This document shows positions 38,956 to 52,832 of a stretch of DNA of 64,000 bases, one piece after another. Positions within the stretch are counted from its first letter, which is position 1; each line of letters starts with the position of its first letter. The DNA comes from Okamejei kenojei (Eukaryota): assembly GCA_035221665.1 (NCBI GenBank), contig CM069137.1, positions 42,594,001 through 42,658,000 of the forward strand, given 5' to 3'. A model generated the notes under the pieces. That model saw only the letters and a list, made by a program, of their open reading frames with translations. It was not told the DNA's origin and did no database searches. Both the position numbers and the translations under genes were made by a program.

Positions 38956-40089
38956 CTAGACTCGTTGGGTCCCTGTCACACGGGAGGTCTGGTCCTCCTA
39001 TGCAACCTGTTCCCCCAACGCAATATTCCACCACTCACCCATAGCCCCCACAGGAGGTCTAGTTCCCCAAAGCAACCTGTTCCCCAACGCAATATTCCAC
39101 CTCACCCGTTCCCCCAATGCAATATTCCAACCATTATCCCCCAGCACTCCCTCCCCCCCTCTTCACCCTCCCTCTTTTTACACTTTAAATTGACTTTTCA
39201 TTTAAAAAAAATCCAATTGCACTTGCTGCCAGGACTCAGTGTCCTGTGATTTGCAACATTGTAACGAGCAGGACCAGCAAGTGCAATTGGATTTTGTACA
39301 GTGAAAATTTAAGTCAGCAGTTTATGTATATGAGATCCCATTGTGACATCAAATCTGCTAACTGCCACTGCAACCTCAAGTGATTTTTCTCAAACTGGAT
39401 TTTGTAAAGTAAAAAATGTGAATAACGTAAAATATACAAGAGGGAGAGGGAGGGGGAGGGGCGGACGGGCGTGATGCCGAGTGAGCCTGCGGGTCAGGCG
39501 TACGCTGTCAAGACGCTGCGTACGCCGTCGAGACGCTGCCTACACCATCGAGACGCTGCCTACGCCGTCGAGACGCTGCCTACGCCGTCGAGATGCTGTG
39601 TGTGCCCGTCGAGACGCTGCGTACGCCCGTCGAGACATTGCGTACACCCATCGAGACGCATACGCTCTAAATGCGCCTGCGGGCCGACAGGATGTTGAGG
39701 CGCCGGCTCTGTCTTTTCGGCGTCCACGGATAGAGGACGGCGAAAAGCAGCGGGGGAACAGCCAATCTTTGGCTTGAGCCAGCGTGACAGAGCCGGCCGG
39801 GGGGGGGGGGGGTAAGGGGAGGAAGTAAAATCGGCAGCGAAATAAGAAAAGCAGGAGGCGAAAAAATGAGTGAGTTGGGAGGGGAAGGATTTCATTAAAA
39901 AATGTGTACATAAAAATGTTTAAATGTAATGAGGAGTGAATTAGTGAATGCAAAAGTGAAATCGCTAGCATCGAAATGGAAAAAATCTTGGAGTTTTTGC
40001 GTGTGGTTTTGCCGGACCAAAGAATCAAAGGCCAAAAATCACACACACACACACACACACAGAGTTTTAAAAGTATATGGATAGATAGA
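38956..40089 (-). mobile_element. Non-autonomous Helitron-like element
   Basis: Minus strand starts A|TCTATCTATCCATATAC and ends gggacccaacgagtCTAG|T; no TIRs or TSD; internal mini- and microsatellites. Confidence 0.65.
39500..39665 (+). repeat. CpG-rich 20-21-bp minisatellite
   Basis: About 8 copies of gtcgagacgctgc(c/g)tacgcc. Confidence 0.9.
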
Positions 40090-40339
40090 TACCCCTTTCG
40101 CCTGGACACTGGAAACAGTTTGTCTGTTTCACCCCATCAATCCTTTAAACATTTTAAACTTCTCAATCTGATAAGCCACTAACCTTCTATACTCGGGTGT
40201 GAGCCACTCATTCACCCTGTTCAACACCCTGAGGCCAATTGCAGCATCAGCAAAGCTTTGTCGGAAGCTCTGATTTCCTCCAAAATATAGGAACACAATC
40301 AGGAGAAAATAGACCAACACCCTAAAAGGGGAATAAGCT

Positions 40340-41410
40340 TTAACTTCCTGGAAATTAACATTTCGGATTACCTATCCTGGGCTCGGCACATGAATGTAAT
40401 CATGAAGACGGTGTGCCAGAACCTCTAGTATCTTAGAAATTTAAAGAGATTTGACAGTCACCAAATAGTCCAACAAACTTTAGCAGAAGCACTAGTGAAA
40501 GTATCCTGGCTGGTTGCATCATATGGCAACATGGCCTCGTATGGCAATTCCAATGCACAGAAAGGCAAGAGGTTGCAGAGAGTAGTAGACACAGCTCAGT
40601 CCGGTCCATCACGGGCAGATCCCTCTTCACCATTGAAAGCATATACATGAGGCGAAGCGTTAAGAAGGCAGCATATATCATTAAGGATCCCCACCACCCG
40701 GGCCATGCCCTCTTCTCGCTGCTATCGTCGGCCAGGTGGGTACTTTACTAAAACCATTAGAAGGCAAAAGCATATGGTTGAGGGAAAAAATATACCAGCC
40801 CCGATCGAATGGCGGAGCACTCAATGGGCCGAATGGCCTTAATCTGATACAAGGGCTTATGGTGTAACCATCATGTTCTTGAACCAATCAGCACACTCTA
40901 ATCCTACATATAATAATAATAATAATAATAATAATATATTTTATTGTCATTGCATAGAGGTACAGCGAGGTTTGGTTTGCAGCTTCCATCCGATGTAATA
41001 ACTTAATTAACTAAAAATTTAGACACCTAGAGAAACAAGATTTTAAAAAATCAGTAAAACAGTATAAAGTGCAAATAGGTCTGTGCCGGGTCGATGTGCG
41101 ACGTGACAATCCGAGGGAGACAGTTCATGGGGTGAGGGGGCACTCAGCAGGGCTGGTTCAAGCAGCTATATCTAACGGAACACAGGGGCCACTTCTTGCA
41201 CGATCATGGGCTTGTTTCTAAATATGTGTTGTACTGATATCTTGTTTTTGCACCTTTTTTCTTTTCATTGTTTTCTATAATTTATATCTAATTTTCATTT
41301 TTTTGTGTGTTATCTGAGTCTATGTGTCTGTGATGCTGCTGCAAGCAAGACTTTCATTGTACCTGTACTGCACCGTATTTTTGCATCTAACAATAAACTC
41401 AACTTAACTT
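40340..41410 (+). mobile_element. Degenerate Rex1-type LINE with an oppositely oriented insertion (about 40912-41170, (AAT)n tail)
   Basis: Decayed FNFLEI, SILAGCI and KDPHHPGHALFSL motifs; aataaactcaactt tail. Confidence 0.55.
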
Positions 41411-43399
41411 GTGGAGTTGACCAAATCCTTTACTGACATACACCGGCTCATATGAAGAAACAACATTCAACATCTTGTCCTCTTTTTCAATGGTCTCCAT
41501 GACCTTGTGCCTTCCTTTCCCTGTACCGAAATCCATCCCAGTCAAAAGATCTGCGCCATTCTATTTTGATCATCTCTGGACTTTAGTGCTCCACCAATAG
41601 CAGCTATGTCCTCAGCAGCAGAGGCTCCAAGCCTCAACTCTTCATGTCTTTAAGGTACTCCTTCAAGCCTCTGTCTTGAACGGAGCTTATGGTAAAAAAA
41701 TCTTAACATCTTCTTCCAGCCAGAGTGTTGGATTTAAAATCTACAACACAAGAGGAGGTTGTTTGGCCCATCTTGACCAAGCTTGTCAAAACAAAATTTA
41801 TCCAGCCTAATTGTATCTCCAGCCCTGGGCCCGTCACAAACCTGTATTTGTAGTTCAGAGTCTTGTGGTGCAATGCCTCCAGGGTGGCAGTATCTGCCTT
41901 CAGAAACTGGGCCAGGTCGCCACGCAGACAGCTGAACCGGAAACTTGCACCATGAAATGTGCAGGCCTTGAGAATAGAGGGAGAGAGGTGTGGTTTTTCT
42001 GCTTAACTGTATCCTTTCAGCGCTGGTCTTTTGTGGTTTTTGACAATCCATTTCCATGACTGTCCCAAGTAGAAACCAAATAAAAGCTATTGTCAGGGAT
42101 AACTCAACACCAAACCATTGGATAGAATACCTGTGATATAAAAAGCAAGAAAATAGGGATCTTGGGGGTTCAAGTTCAGCAATCCCTGAGAGAGGCAACA
42201 CAGATGAATAGAATGATGAAGGAGGCAGTTGGCATGCTTGCCTTTAGAGGTCGAGGCAGAAGTTTGGACATTACATTACAACTTCACACAACATTGGTTA
42301 CAACAAACTTGACATATTGCCTGTATGTACAAGTTATTTTTGATGAGATTACTGGGCTTTTAGGTGTGGAAGTTTAGGGAAGAGATTGCTCCCCATCCGG
42401 TATACGGTACAGAAGCTTGAAAACATGCACCACCAGACTCGGGAACAATTTCTTCCCCCCTGTAAACAAGAGTCTGAACGGTCCTTCCATCAGCTAGGAT
42501 ACTCTCCAATTCACCTCTACCCCACTGCGAACATTGGACTTCATCAGTGGAACTGATGCACTACAATACTGAAAACTATATTCTGCCCTCTGTATCTTCC
42601 CCTTTGCTCTACCTATTATACTTGAGTTTGATTGTATTTAATTATAGTATTATCTGATCTGATTGGATAGCACGCAAAACAAAGCTTACCACTGTACGTC
42701 AGTACACATGTCAATAATAAACCTAAACCTAACTATAAAAACGTGTAGAGATAATCATAATGTATTTGTAGGTAAGTGAAGAGGCTGCATTTTTCACCAC
42801 ATTCTCTGCTGAAAATGAGTTCATAGCAAAATGTTTGTGCCATTAATTTGAGTGATAGGTTTTTCACATGTGTTGGTGTATAACTGGCGGGAAGAGATGG
42901 GGTTTGTCAGAGGATGATCGGCAGCCTCCAACATGGCCAAACCACGACCCTTCTTACTGTAAGCATGTTCCATTTCCTACAACCCACTCCGCTGTTCATT
43001 CGCTGCATTTTTAATGTACTCTGCCAAAGCACAGCAAAAACGCTATAAGGGAAATCTTCATATGTGCGGAGTTCACTTCTGTGAGGGTGAAAATGGACCA
43101 GCTGTGATTAATTATTTAAACTGCAACTCCTCGCCTTCCCTAACACACTGTCTGCTTATGCTGCAACTACTGGCCTTAAAAGCTTCAAGCTAAAAGTGTC
43201 ATCCCTACCAGCACCCTGTTCCACAGCTGTTCTCATGTCCCTGTCTGATGCTGAGAACACTGATACCAGTTCCAGCAGCTGAGTTCCACGGTACCTTGCC
43301 CATGTCCATTTTGCACATGTGAATTTAGATGCCGTCCTTTCCCCCCACAGCTCCTTTCTTCCTAAACCTTCCCTCCTGGTTTAATCACCGGGTCTGAAA

Positions 43400-46300
43400 C
43401 CCCAGTGTCAGCTGAGATCTGTTGATTCTCGGGCATAGGAACCTGTTCTGGGGGAGGTGGGACCAGTACAAACAGGACGGTCTGCAAATGGGCTTGAAGG
43501 GAACCAATGTCCTTGGGGGAGTGTTTGCTAGTGCTGTCAGGGAGGATTTAAACTAATGGGGCAGGGGGATGGGAGCATGAGCAGAGAGCAGAGGGATGTA
43601 AAATGAGGGTAGAAGCAATAGGTGGCAAGGTGAAAAGTAAAAGTGGCAGGCAGAAAAATCCAGGGCAAAAATCAAAAAGGGCCACTTTTCAACATAATAG
43701 TATAAGGGGTAAGAGTGTTGTAAAAACAAGCCTGAGGCTTTGTGTCTCAATGCAAGGAGCATTCGTAATAAGGTGGACGAGTTGAATGTGCAGATAGTTA
43801 TTAATGAATATGATATAGTTGGGATCACGGAGACATGATTCCATGGTGACCAAGGCTGGGAGCTGAACATCCAGGGATATTCAATATTCAGGAGGAATTG
43901 ACAGAAAGGAAAATGAGGTGGAGTAGCGTTGCTGGTTAGAGAGGAGATTAACGCAATAGAAAGGAAGGACTTTAGCTTGGAGGATGTGGAATCGATATGG
44001 GTAGAGCTGCGAAACACTAAGGGGCAGAAAACGCTAGTGGGAGTTGTGTACAGGCCACCTAACAGTAGTAGTGGAGTTGAGGATGGCATCAAACATGAAA
44101 TTAGAAATGCGTGCGACAAAGGTAAAACAGTTATATTGGGTGACTTCAATCTACATATAGATTGGGTGAATCAAATTGGCAGGGATGCTGAGGAAGAGGA
44201 TTTTTTTGAATGTATGCGGGATAGTTTTCTAAACCAACATGTAGAGGAACCATCGAGAGAGCAGGCTATTCTAGACTGGGTACTGAGTAATGAGGAAGGG
44301 TTAGTTAGCAGTCTTGTTGTGCGTGGCCCCTTGGGCAAGAGTGACCATAATATGGTTGAGTTATTCATTAGGATGGAGAGTGACAGGGTTCTGAACTTAA
44401 AGAAAGGTAACTTTGAGGGTATGAGACGTGAATTGGCCAAGATAGACTGGCAAGTGATTCTTAAAGGGTTTACAGTGGATATGCAATGGAAGGCATTTAA
44501 AGACTGCATGGATGACCTACAACAATTGTTCATCCCAGTTTGGCAAAAGAATAAATCAGGGAAGGTTAGTGCATCCGTGGATATCAAGGAAAATCAGGGA
44601 TAGTATCAAAATTAAAGATGAAGCATACAAATTAGCCAGAAAAAGCAGCCTACCAGAGGACTGGGAGAAATTCAGAGTCCAGCAGAGGAGGACAAAGTGC
44701 TTAATTAGGAAAGTGAAAGTAGATCATGAAAGAAAACTGGCAGGGAACATAAAAACTGACTGCAAAAGCTTTTATAGATATGTGAAGAGAAAAAGGTTAG
44801 TTAAAACAAATGTAGATCCCTTGCAGTCAGAAACTGGTGAATTGATCATGGGGAACAAGGACATGGCAGACCGATTGAATAACTACTTTGGTTCTGTCTT
44901 CACTAAGGAAGACATAAATAATCTGCCGGAAATAGCAGGGGACTGGGGGTCAAATGAGATGGAGGACCCGAGTGAAATCCAGGTTAGCCGGGAAGTGGTG
45001 TTAGGTAAATTGAATGGATTAAAGGCCGATAAATCCCCCTAGGGCCAGATAGGCTGCATCCCAGAGTACTTAAGGAAGTAGCCCCAGATATAGTGGATGC
45101 ATTAGTGATAATTGTTCAAAACCCTTTAGATTCTGGAGTAGTTCCTGAGGATTGGAGGGTAGCTAATGTAACCCCACTTTTTAAAAAGGGAGGGAGAGAG
45201 AAAACGGGGAATTACAGACCAGTTAGTCTAACATCAGTAGTGGGGAAAATGCTAGAGTCAGTTTTTTAAGATGGGATAGCAGGACTTTTGGAAAGTGGTG
45301 AAATCATTGGACAAAGTCAGCATGGATTTATGAAAGGTAAATCATGTCTGGAATCTTATAGAATTTTTCAAGGATGTAACTAGTAGAGTTGATAAGGGAG
45401 AACCTGTGGATGTGTTATATCTGGATTTTCAGAAGGCTTTCGACAAGGTCCCACATAAGAGATTAGCATTCAAACTTAAAGCACACGGTATTGGGGGTTC
45501 AGTGTTGATGTGGATAGAGAACTGGCTGGCAGACAGGAAGCAAAGAGTAGGAATAAACGGATCATTTTCAGAATGGCAGGCAGTGACTAGTGGGGTACCG
45601 CAAGGCTCAGTGCTGGGACCCCAGCTATTTACAATATACATTAATGATCTGGATGAGGGAAATTGAATGCAACATCTCCAAGTTTGCGGATGACACGAAG
45701 CTGGGGGGCAGTGTTAGCTGCGAGGAGGATGCTAGGAGGCTGCAAGGTGACTTTGATAGGTTGGGTGAGTGGAAAAATGCATGGCAGGTGCAGTATAATG
45801 CGGATAAATGTGAGGTTATCCACTTTGGCAGCAAAAACAGGAGGGTAGACTATTATCTGAATGGTGGCCGATTAGGAAAAGGGGAAATGCAACGAGACCT
45901 GGGTGTCATGGTACACCAGTCATTGAAAGTAGGCATGCAGGTGCAGCAGGCTGTGAAGAAAGCGAATGGTATGTTGGCATTCATAGCAAAAGGATTTGAG
46001 TACAAGAGCACAGAGATTCTACTGCAGTTGTACAGGCTCTTGGTGAGGGCACACCTGGAGGCATGCAGGTGCAGCAGGCTGTGAAGAAAGCGAATGGTAT
46101 GTTGGCATTCATAGCAAAAGGATTTGAGTACAAGAGCACGGAGATTCTACTGCAGTTGTACAGGCTCTTGGTGAGGGCACACCTGGAGTATTACATAAAG
46201 TTTTGGTCTCCTAATCTGAGGAAAGACATTCTTGTCATAGAGGGAGTACAGCGAAGGTTCACCAGACTGATTCCTGGGATGGCAGGACTTCCATATGAAG

Positions 46301-46572
46301 AAAGACTGGATAGACTCGGCTTGTACTCGCTGGAATTTAGGAGATTGAGGGGGGATCTTATAGAGACATACAAAATTCTTAAGGGGTTGGACAGGCTAGA
46401 TGCAGGAAGATGTGGCCCTTGTGGCTAAAGGGATCAGGGGGTATGGAGAGAAGGCTGGTACAGAATACTGAATTGGATGATCAGCCATGATCACATTGAA
46501 TGGCGGTGCAGGCTCGAAGGGCCGAATGGCCTATTCCTGCACCTATTTTCTATGATTCTATGATTCCATGAT
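43400..46572 (+). mobile_element. Near full-length CR1 LINE ORF2 (APE endonuclease plus RT), disrupted
   Basis: GITET, VYRPP, GDFN and SDH endonuclease motifs; [17 protein letters not shown] and FADD RT motifs; several stops and frameshifts; (ctatgatt)n tail. Confidence 0.95.
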
Positions 46573-49349
46573 TCAAGAAAACCAATGGTATTGATGTGGC
46601 AAACCTCTTGAGTTATAAATGAATGACATACCAAACAACAATATTTTGTGAACCATTGACCATTGATTATTGCCCAGCACACGGTGTCATCAATTCTAGG
46701 TTTCATTTCCAAGGGGAGATAATGTTTTGAAAAATGGTACAAAAAGCAGATGATAGTTGGTGGATGTAAATCTGCCATATTTAAAAGATTCAAAAATCCC
46801 AACCAGGAAATAACAGCCTTTGACTCGTACCTCAATCACACCCTTTATCATTCATTCCCTCCACTCATCGTCAAGAGAGTCAAGAGTTAAGAGTGTTTTA
46901 TTGACACATGTCCCGAAACGGAGCAATTAAATTCTTCCCTGCAGTAGGACAACAGACATATAAATACAGTATACAGGCGAAAATCTGAGAGCAGAAAGTC
47001 ATAGTGGGAGGAGAGAGAGAAACAGATATGTGGGGAAAAGAAAAAGTGTCTTTTGTTTTGGTCAGCCAAAGAACCAAATACCTGCTACATCAGGAAACCA
47101 CCAGAGTGAACCCTCTACATCCCACTTTAAATGTGTAGGAAGGAACTGCAGATACCACATGAAATAGCTCTGCATGAGCAGCTTTACGACAATAATTCCA
47201 CTGTGCAAGGTAGAAGTTCCTCCCAAACGGACAAACTCTGTGAAGGAGGAGAAGAGCACCATTATTTGAAGCTCACTCTCAAGGTGGCACCCAATCCTGC
47301 CTGGGAAATCAGTCACAGGTCCCTCATTGCTCATCATCATCATAATTGAAAACATCAAAAGGCACAGTGCCCTACAATGCTATGTACGACAGTGATTGCA
47401 ACTTCTACTGAAGTGTGGATGTCCGTTGGTTCACTAGGAGCTCATCCGCCCTTTGACAGGTCCTGTTTTTAGTCCTGCTGGTGGTTCTCAGCCCCCTCCT
47501 CACCTGGCAAACCAGGTGGGGGAGACTGTTTAGTCGCCAACTATCCGACTATGGAGCAGGTATTATGGGATTACATGGTACTTGTGGCAGGGGGAGCTCC
47601 CCCCGACCTGACCTGGAATTGCTGCAGGGCCTAAATCTTGGAACCACTGATCCCTCAGCACCATGAGAATAGCTTCATCAGAAGGAATATGGGTTCAAGG
47701 ATCAGAATGTAAACAAATCAATTAAAATTTGCTCACCATCACCTTAAATGGAAAAAACAGGAGAGACAAGGTATGCTGGTCTTGTCGATGGCCAAGATGC
47801 AAGAATGAATCTTAAAATCATCTTGTTCTCTTACTTGCTTTTCAAATTGCAGAACTTAAGAAATACCTTTGGGAAGGGGCCAGACTAATAAGAGTAAGAA
47901 AGAATGTGATTAATGTGCACCGGGACCAAAACAATGAAATTCGCACTTCTTACAGCTTTACAGGCACATTAAATAACAATACAACAAATAAATATATCCT
48001 GGGTTTAAACCAGTATCTGAAGTTCCTTATTACACATAAATATACACTAAGTTAGTTATTCAAGGTAAACCAGACCATGAGAGTGCATGCCAAAGTATGT
48101 AATGCAAACTCAGTAGTGAAAAGTCCATAGTAGTTCGGTGCTGAAGTAAGGTTCAGGTTCGGTTTAAGAATCTGATAATTGATAGGTAGAAGCTATTCTT
48201 GAACCTAGATCGGTATCTTCTTCCCAAAGGCAGCAGTGAAAGAATGTGGCCTGGATGCTGTGGGTCTTTGGTACTAGCTGCCTTCATGAGGCAGTGCTTC
48301 CTGGAAGTCCCTTCAATGGTCAGGAGATCAATACCATAGACCAGTTACAACAACAACTTTCTGCAACTTTCTTGGTCATTTCAATTGTCAACCTAGGCCA
48401 TGATGTAATTAATGTAAGAAAAACACTCGTTGGTACTAATATACTGTGCACTAGATGTAAAATCTAAAACTTGAGCAAACCCAAGGCCTTACTGTCATTA
48501 TTTCTACATGGAGATTCATGGATTGTAAACTAATTCCAAAAGAAACTCTAAAGACAACGCATTAGCAATGTTCCAATGAGCCAGGTGCACTGACTGACAA
48601 AATAATTCATCAACTTATTCAGCAACCACCCACTAATAGCTTGTGCATATAGAGCTCATTTAATCTGATGAAATGCAACAGGGTCCAACTCCAGATTATT
48701 GACACACAAAGTCTTATACAGAAAGAGTTATTGGGCCAGCAGCCTGGATAAAAAAGGTAAGTTATAAGGAAAAATGCAGCGAAGAAAGAGGTAGAGAGAG
48801 TTAGAGATGAAATTCCAGACCCAAAGCCTCCCTCAGACGCAATTTCACCAGCAGCAGAATGTTTCGAATCGGTGATGATTATGCGGCCAGATTTGAAGGA
48901 ACATAATTGTCTTGTAGAGTTTAAGCAGAAAAAATTACTGTGAAATGGGAAATAGGAGAGGCCAGGGATGCCAAAAGAAAACGAGGAGGCCCACTCCAAA
49001 TGGAAGCCATTAAGGACAGAAGCACAAGGGACATTGAAAAATATTACGTGGTACAACTTAGACCAGAGTTCACAGAAGCAGGGCCGTTGACCTACCACAT
49101 CCACACCGACCATCTAGTACCCATCCATACTAACCCCAGCATTTGGTTCGTAGTCTTCCATTCCTTAGCGATTCAAGTGCTGGTCCAGATGCTTGCTAAA
49201 TGTTGTGAGAGTCTCTGCCACTCCCTCAGGCAGTGTTCCAGTTTCCATCCACCAGATCCTCAGGTCCATGATCTTATGCACCTCTTATAGAGGTGCATGA
49301 GATCATGAGAGGAATTGACAGGCTAACTGTACAGAGCCTTTTATCCAGA

Positions 49350-50200
49350 GTAAGGACAAAGGATAAAGGACAAAGGACATTTATTATCACATACACCAAT
49401 TGGTGTAGTGAAATTTGGCTTGCCATGCAGCACACAAATAAAGATAAGACACAACATCAAAGATTTTAACATAAAAACATCCCCCCCACAATGGTTCCCA
49501 CTGTGGGGGAAGGCAGCAAAGTCCAGTCCCCTCCCCAGTTCACCCATAGTCGGGCCTATTGAGGCCTCCGCAGTCGCAGCTACGGCAGCCCGATGCTTCA
49601 GGCCCTCTCGCCAGATGGTAAAGCTCTGGCGTTGGGTGAACACACTCAGCGGCCCGGAATGACTGGAACGGCAGCTTCCTCCCCGAAGTTCGCAACTCCC
49701 GAAGTCCACGGGCCACGCCAGTCGGAGCTCCGGCTCTGGCGATTTCGCCGTGAGATCCCAGACTCCGCGGTTTTTAAAGTTCAGCGCCGCCCCCGGCTGG
49801 AAGCTCCACAGACCACCGCTCCGCGATGTTGGAGTCGGCGGTCCCAGCCCTCCGGAGCCCACCGCACAGCGACCTGGGCAAGGCATCGCCCGCTCCATGA
49901 TGGCGCCCCAGCGTTGTGCCGCCGCTGAAGCTGAAGTCCCGGCCGGTCCCGGCAGAAAATGACACTCCAGACTGCCGGTAGGCCGCGAGGAAGGGGCGAA
50001 GATACAGCTCGGAGAAAAGCCGCATCTCCGACCAGGTAGGGACTGAGAAAAATTGTTTCCCTCTTCCCCCCCCCCCCCCCCCACCCCCTACATAAAAAGA
50101 CTAAAATACCTCCAAAACAAACATTTTTAACTAACTAAAAATTAATAAAAGGGTGAAAAGACTAACAGCTACTGGCAGGGAAGCCATACTCGACGGCGTC
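49350..50200 (-). mobile_element. GC-rich non-coding retroposon (probably non-autonomous, Rex1/L2-associated)
   Basis: 3' end aaatttcactacaccaattggtgtatgtgataataaa plus (tgtcctt)n tail; CpG-rich core; interrupts a CR1 fragment. Confidence 0.55.
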
Positions 50201-50409
50201 CCCTACTACAAAGGATGTAGGGGAGTAGGGGAATCAAGTACCATGAGATTTGATAGGAACCTGAGGGGCAACCTTTTTTTTTTACACAAAAGGTAGGTGT
50301 ATGGAACGAGCTGCTGGAGGAGATAGTTGAGGCAGGTACTATCACAACATTTAAGAGACATTTGGACAGGTTCATGGCTAAGATAGGTTTAGAGTGATAT
50401 TCATCCACC

Positions 50410-51161
50410 GGGTGGCGCCCGTAGTGGCCACCTCGCCGGCAGTCTGTCTCGTCCCTTCTCTATTATTATTTTTTTTAAGTATGTCTTGAATGTTTGTTTT
50501 AATGTCTCTTGGTATGTTTTATGTGGTGGTTGCGGGGGTGGGGGGATCGGGAGTTAACTTTCTTCAGTCACTTACCTCGACGGTGATGCAATGTTTCTCC
50601 GTGTCGCATCTCCATCCCCCTCTGCGGCCTACAACGTGGAGTGGTGCATCCTTTCCTGGAGACCGGCCCGGAGCTTCAAGCCGCGGGCGTGGCGCGGACT
50701 TACCAACGCGGAGCCTGTGATCTTTTGCCGAGGATCGCCAGTGTAGGAGCTCCGACCGCGGGGCCTGTGGACTTTAACACCATGAAGCAGCAGTATCCGG
50801 TAAGAAGCGGCCGACTCAGGAGCTCCATGCTGCGGAGTGTTCCGATCCGTCCCGACCTCGGAGTTTCGATCATCCTGACGAGAGGGCTTGAACAGCAGAC
50901 CGTTGACAACGGCAAGTGCAGAGGGTTCAGCTCCGACCACGGGTGAACAAAGGAGGAAGATGACTGAACTTTATTGCCTTCCACCACAGTGAGGAATGTG
51001 GTGGATGTTTATGTTAAATTTTATTTTATCTGGCTGAATTGTGTATTGTTGTTTTTTTGCTGTATGGTAACTCATATTTGTTGTATGGCTGTATGGTAAC
51101 TCAAATTTCACTGTACCTTAATTGGTACATGTGACAATTAAATTGAATCTTGAATCTTGAA
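50410..51161 (+). mobile_element. GC-rich non-coding retroposon related to 49350-50200
   Basis: 3' end aaatttcactgtaccttaattggtacatgtgacaat plus (tgaatct)n tail; similar 5' ggcgcc start and overall layout. Confidence 0.55.
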
Positions 51162-52520
51162 ATCCTGAACACAGACAGGTGGAACCCGTATAGAGGGGGC
51201 ATGGGCAAGTTGGGCCAAAGGGCCTGTTTCCACGCTGTATGACTCTAACTCAATGAGACACAAGCTCTGCTTCTCTCTCCACAAATACTGCCTGCCCTGC
51301 CTAAAAAATCCAGAATTTTATTTTGCCTACACCGGGGGTAATTTACACCAGGGATTTGAGAGGATATCTGTATGCACAGAGGAAATACACAGTCAAACAT
51401 ACAAACTCCACACAGACAGCAGCCGAGGCCAGGATCAAACCCGAGTCTCTGGAGCTGAGAGGCAGTAGCATTAACCACAATACCAACCCTGCTGCTGACT
51501 CCACAAATCAGCTACCAAATATTCCAGCAAAAATACACTCATATTTCACAGAAAAACTATAAAATAGTTTTGCAATCCATGATAAAACACCACATTTACT
51601 ATAATGTATTTGTCTTAAACCCCAGGAAGCTGATAACAATGGTATTTTTAGTTTCAACGAATGTACATTAATTTAGCAACTTAGAGGTTATAGGCCCCCT
51701 GGCTGAAGCATGTGTGGGTGTGTATGTTGGTATTTGTAAGCATGTGCCCCCACCCCTCAATCATTTGTGTACTCATGCTGGACTGCGTCATATGCATCTA
51801 TTCCTCGATTGTGCAGATTTCCCTTGCATTATATATAGTCAGAACGGTGTCCAACATGGACTCAAGCCAGACATCTTCAATGGGTTCCAGCTTTCACAGT
51901 CTGTGCCAAGATGCTCATCTTGATCAGTAGTGAATGAAAACGGTCACTGGGCACAAGAAAGAAAACCACCGAGATCCAAGAAATTCAAAATGCTGGAATT
52001 CTGAGTAAACAACAAACTGCTGGGGGATCTCAGCGAGTCAGGCAGCATCTATGGAGGGAACTGGGCAGACAACATTTCAAGTCAGGACACTCCTTCAAGA
52101 TTGATAACTTTTCATTACAAATGCTGCCTGACCCTCTGAGTTCCCCCAGAAAATCCACATGCAATTCATAATCCAACTGCTATACAGTTGCACACTGTAC
52201 AAATTATTTAAACCAAAATGCATAATCAGTTCATTGTCATAGAGTCATACATCTGGAATTCACTGCCTTGGAGAACGGAGAGACTCGGCCAATGAGTGCA
52301 CTCAAATGTAGAGTCTGAGAGATTTCTGGATATTGAATGGATCAAGGGCGAGGGGAATAGTGCAGTAAAACAGTGGAAAATCAGCCTTGATCTCACTGGA
52401 TGGCAGAGCAGGCTTAAATTACCGATCACCCACTCCTGCTCTTAAGTTCGTGTTATAAACTTACTTGTCAGTTCTAGCACCCTTGATAGCATTTTGGCCC
52501 AAGAATTAAAACTGTTTATT

Positions 52521-52832
52521 TTTTTTTAGTTTAGAATTACAGCGCGGAAACAGGCCATTCAGCCCACCGCGCCGACCAGCGTTCCCCGCATACTAACACT
52601 ATCCAACACTAACTAGGGACAATTTACAATTTCACCTAAGCAATTTACTGTGTTACCTCAGCCTTTTACCCAACAAACCTGTACAATTTTGGAGTGTTGA
52701 AGGAAACCAGAGCACCTGGAGAAAATCCTCGCAGGTCACAGGAAAAACGTACAAACTCATTCAGACAGTGGGTCTGGATCGAACCCGGGTCTATGGCGCT
52801 GCAAGACAACAACTCTATCACTGCGCCACTGT
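52521..52832 (-). mobile_element. tRNA-derived SINE (HE1/V-SINE-like)
   Basis: Minus strand gtggcgcagtgatagag...cccgggttcgatcc with A/B boxes; ctaaactaaa tail. Confidence 0.8.

Noticed and set aside
39471-40109. Arg/Cys-rich ORFs
   Set aside because: Translations of the 20-21-bp minisatellite and CA repeat.
49341-50987. 247-aa and other overlapping ORFs
   Set aside because: A by-product of high GC in repeats; no domain motifs.
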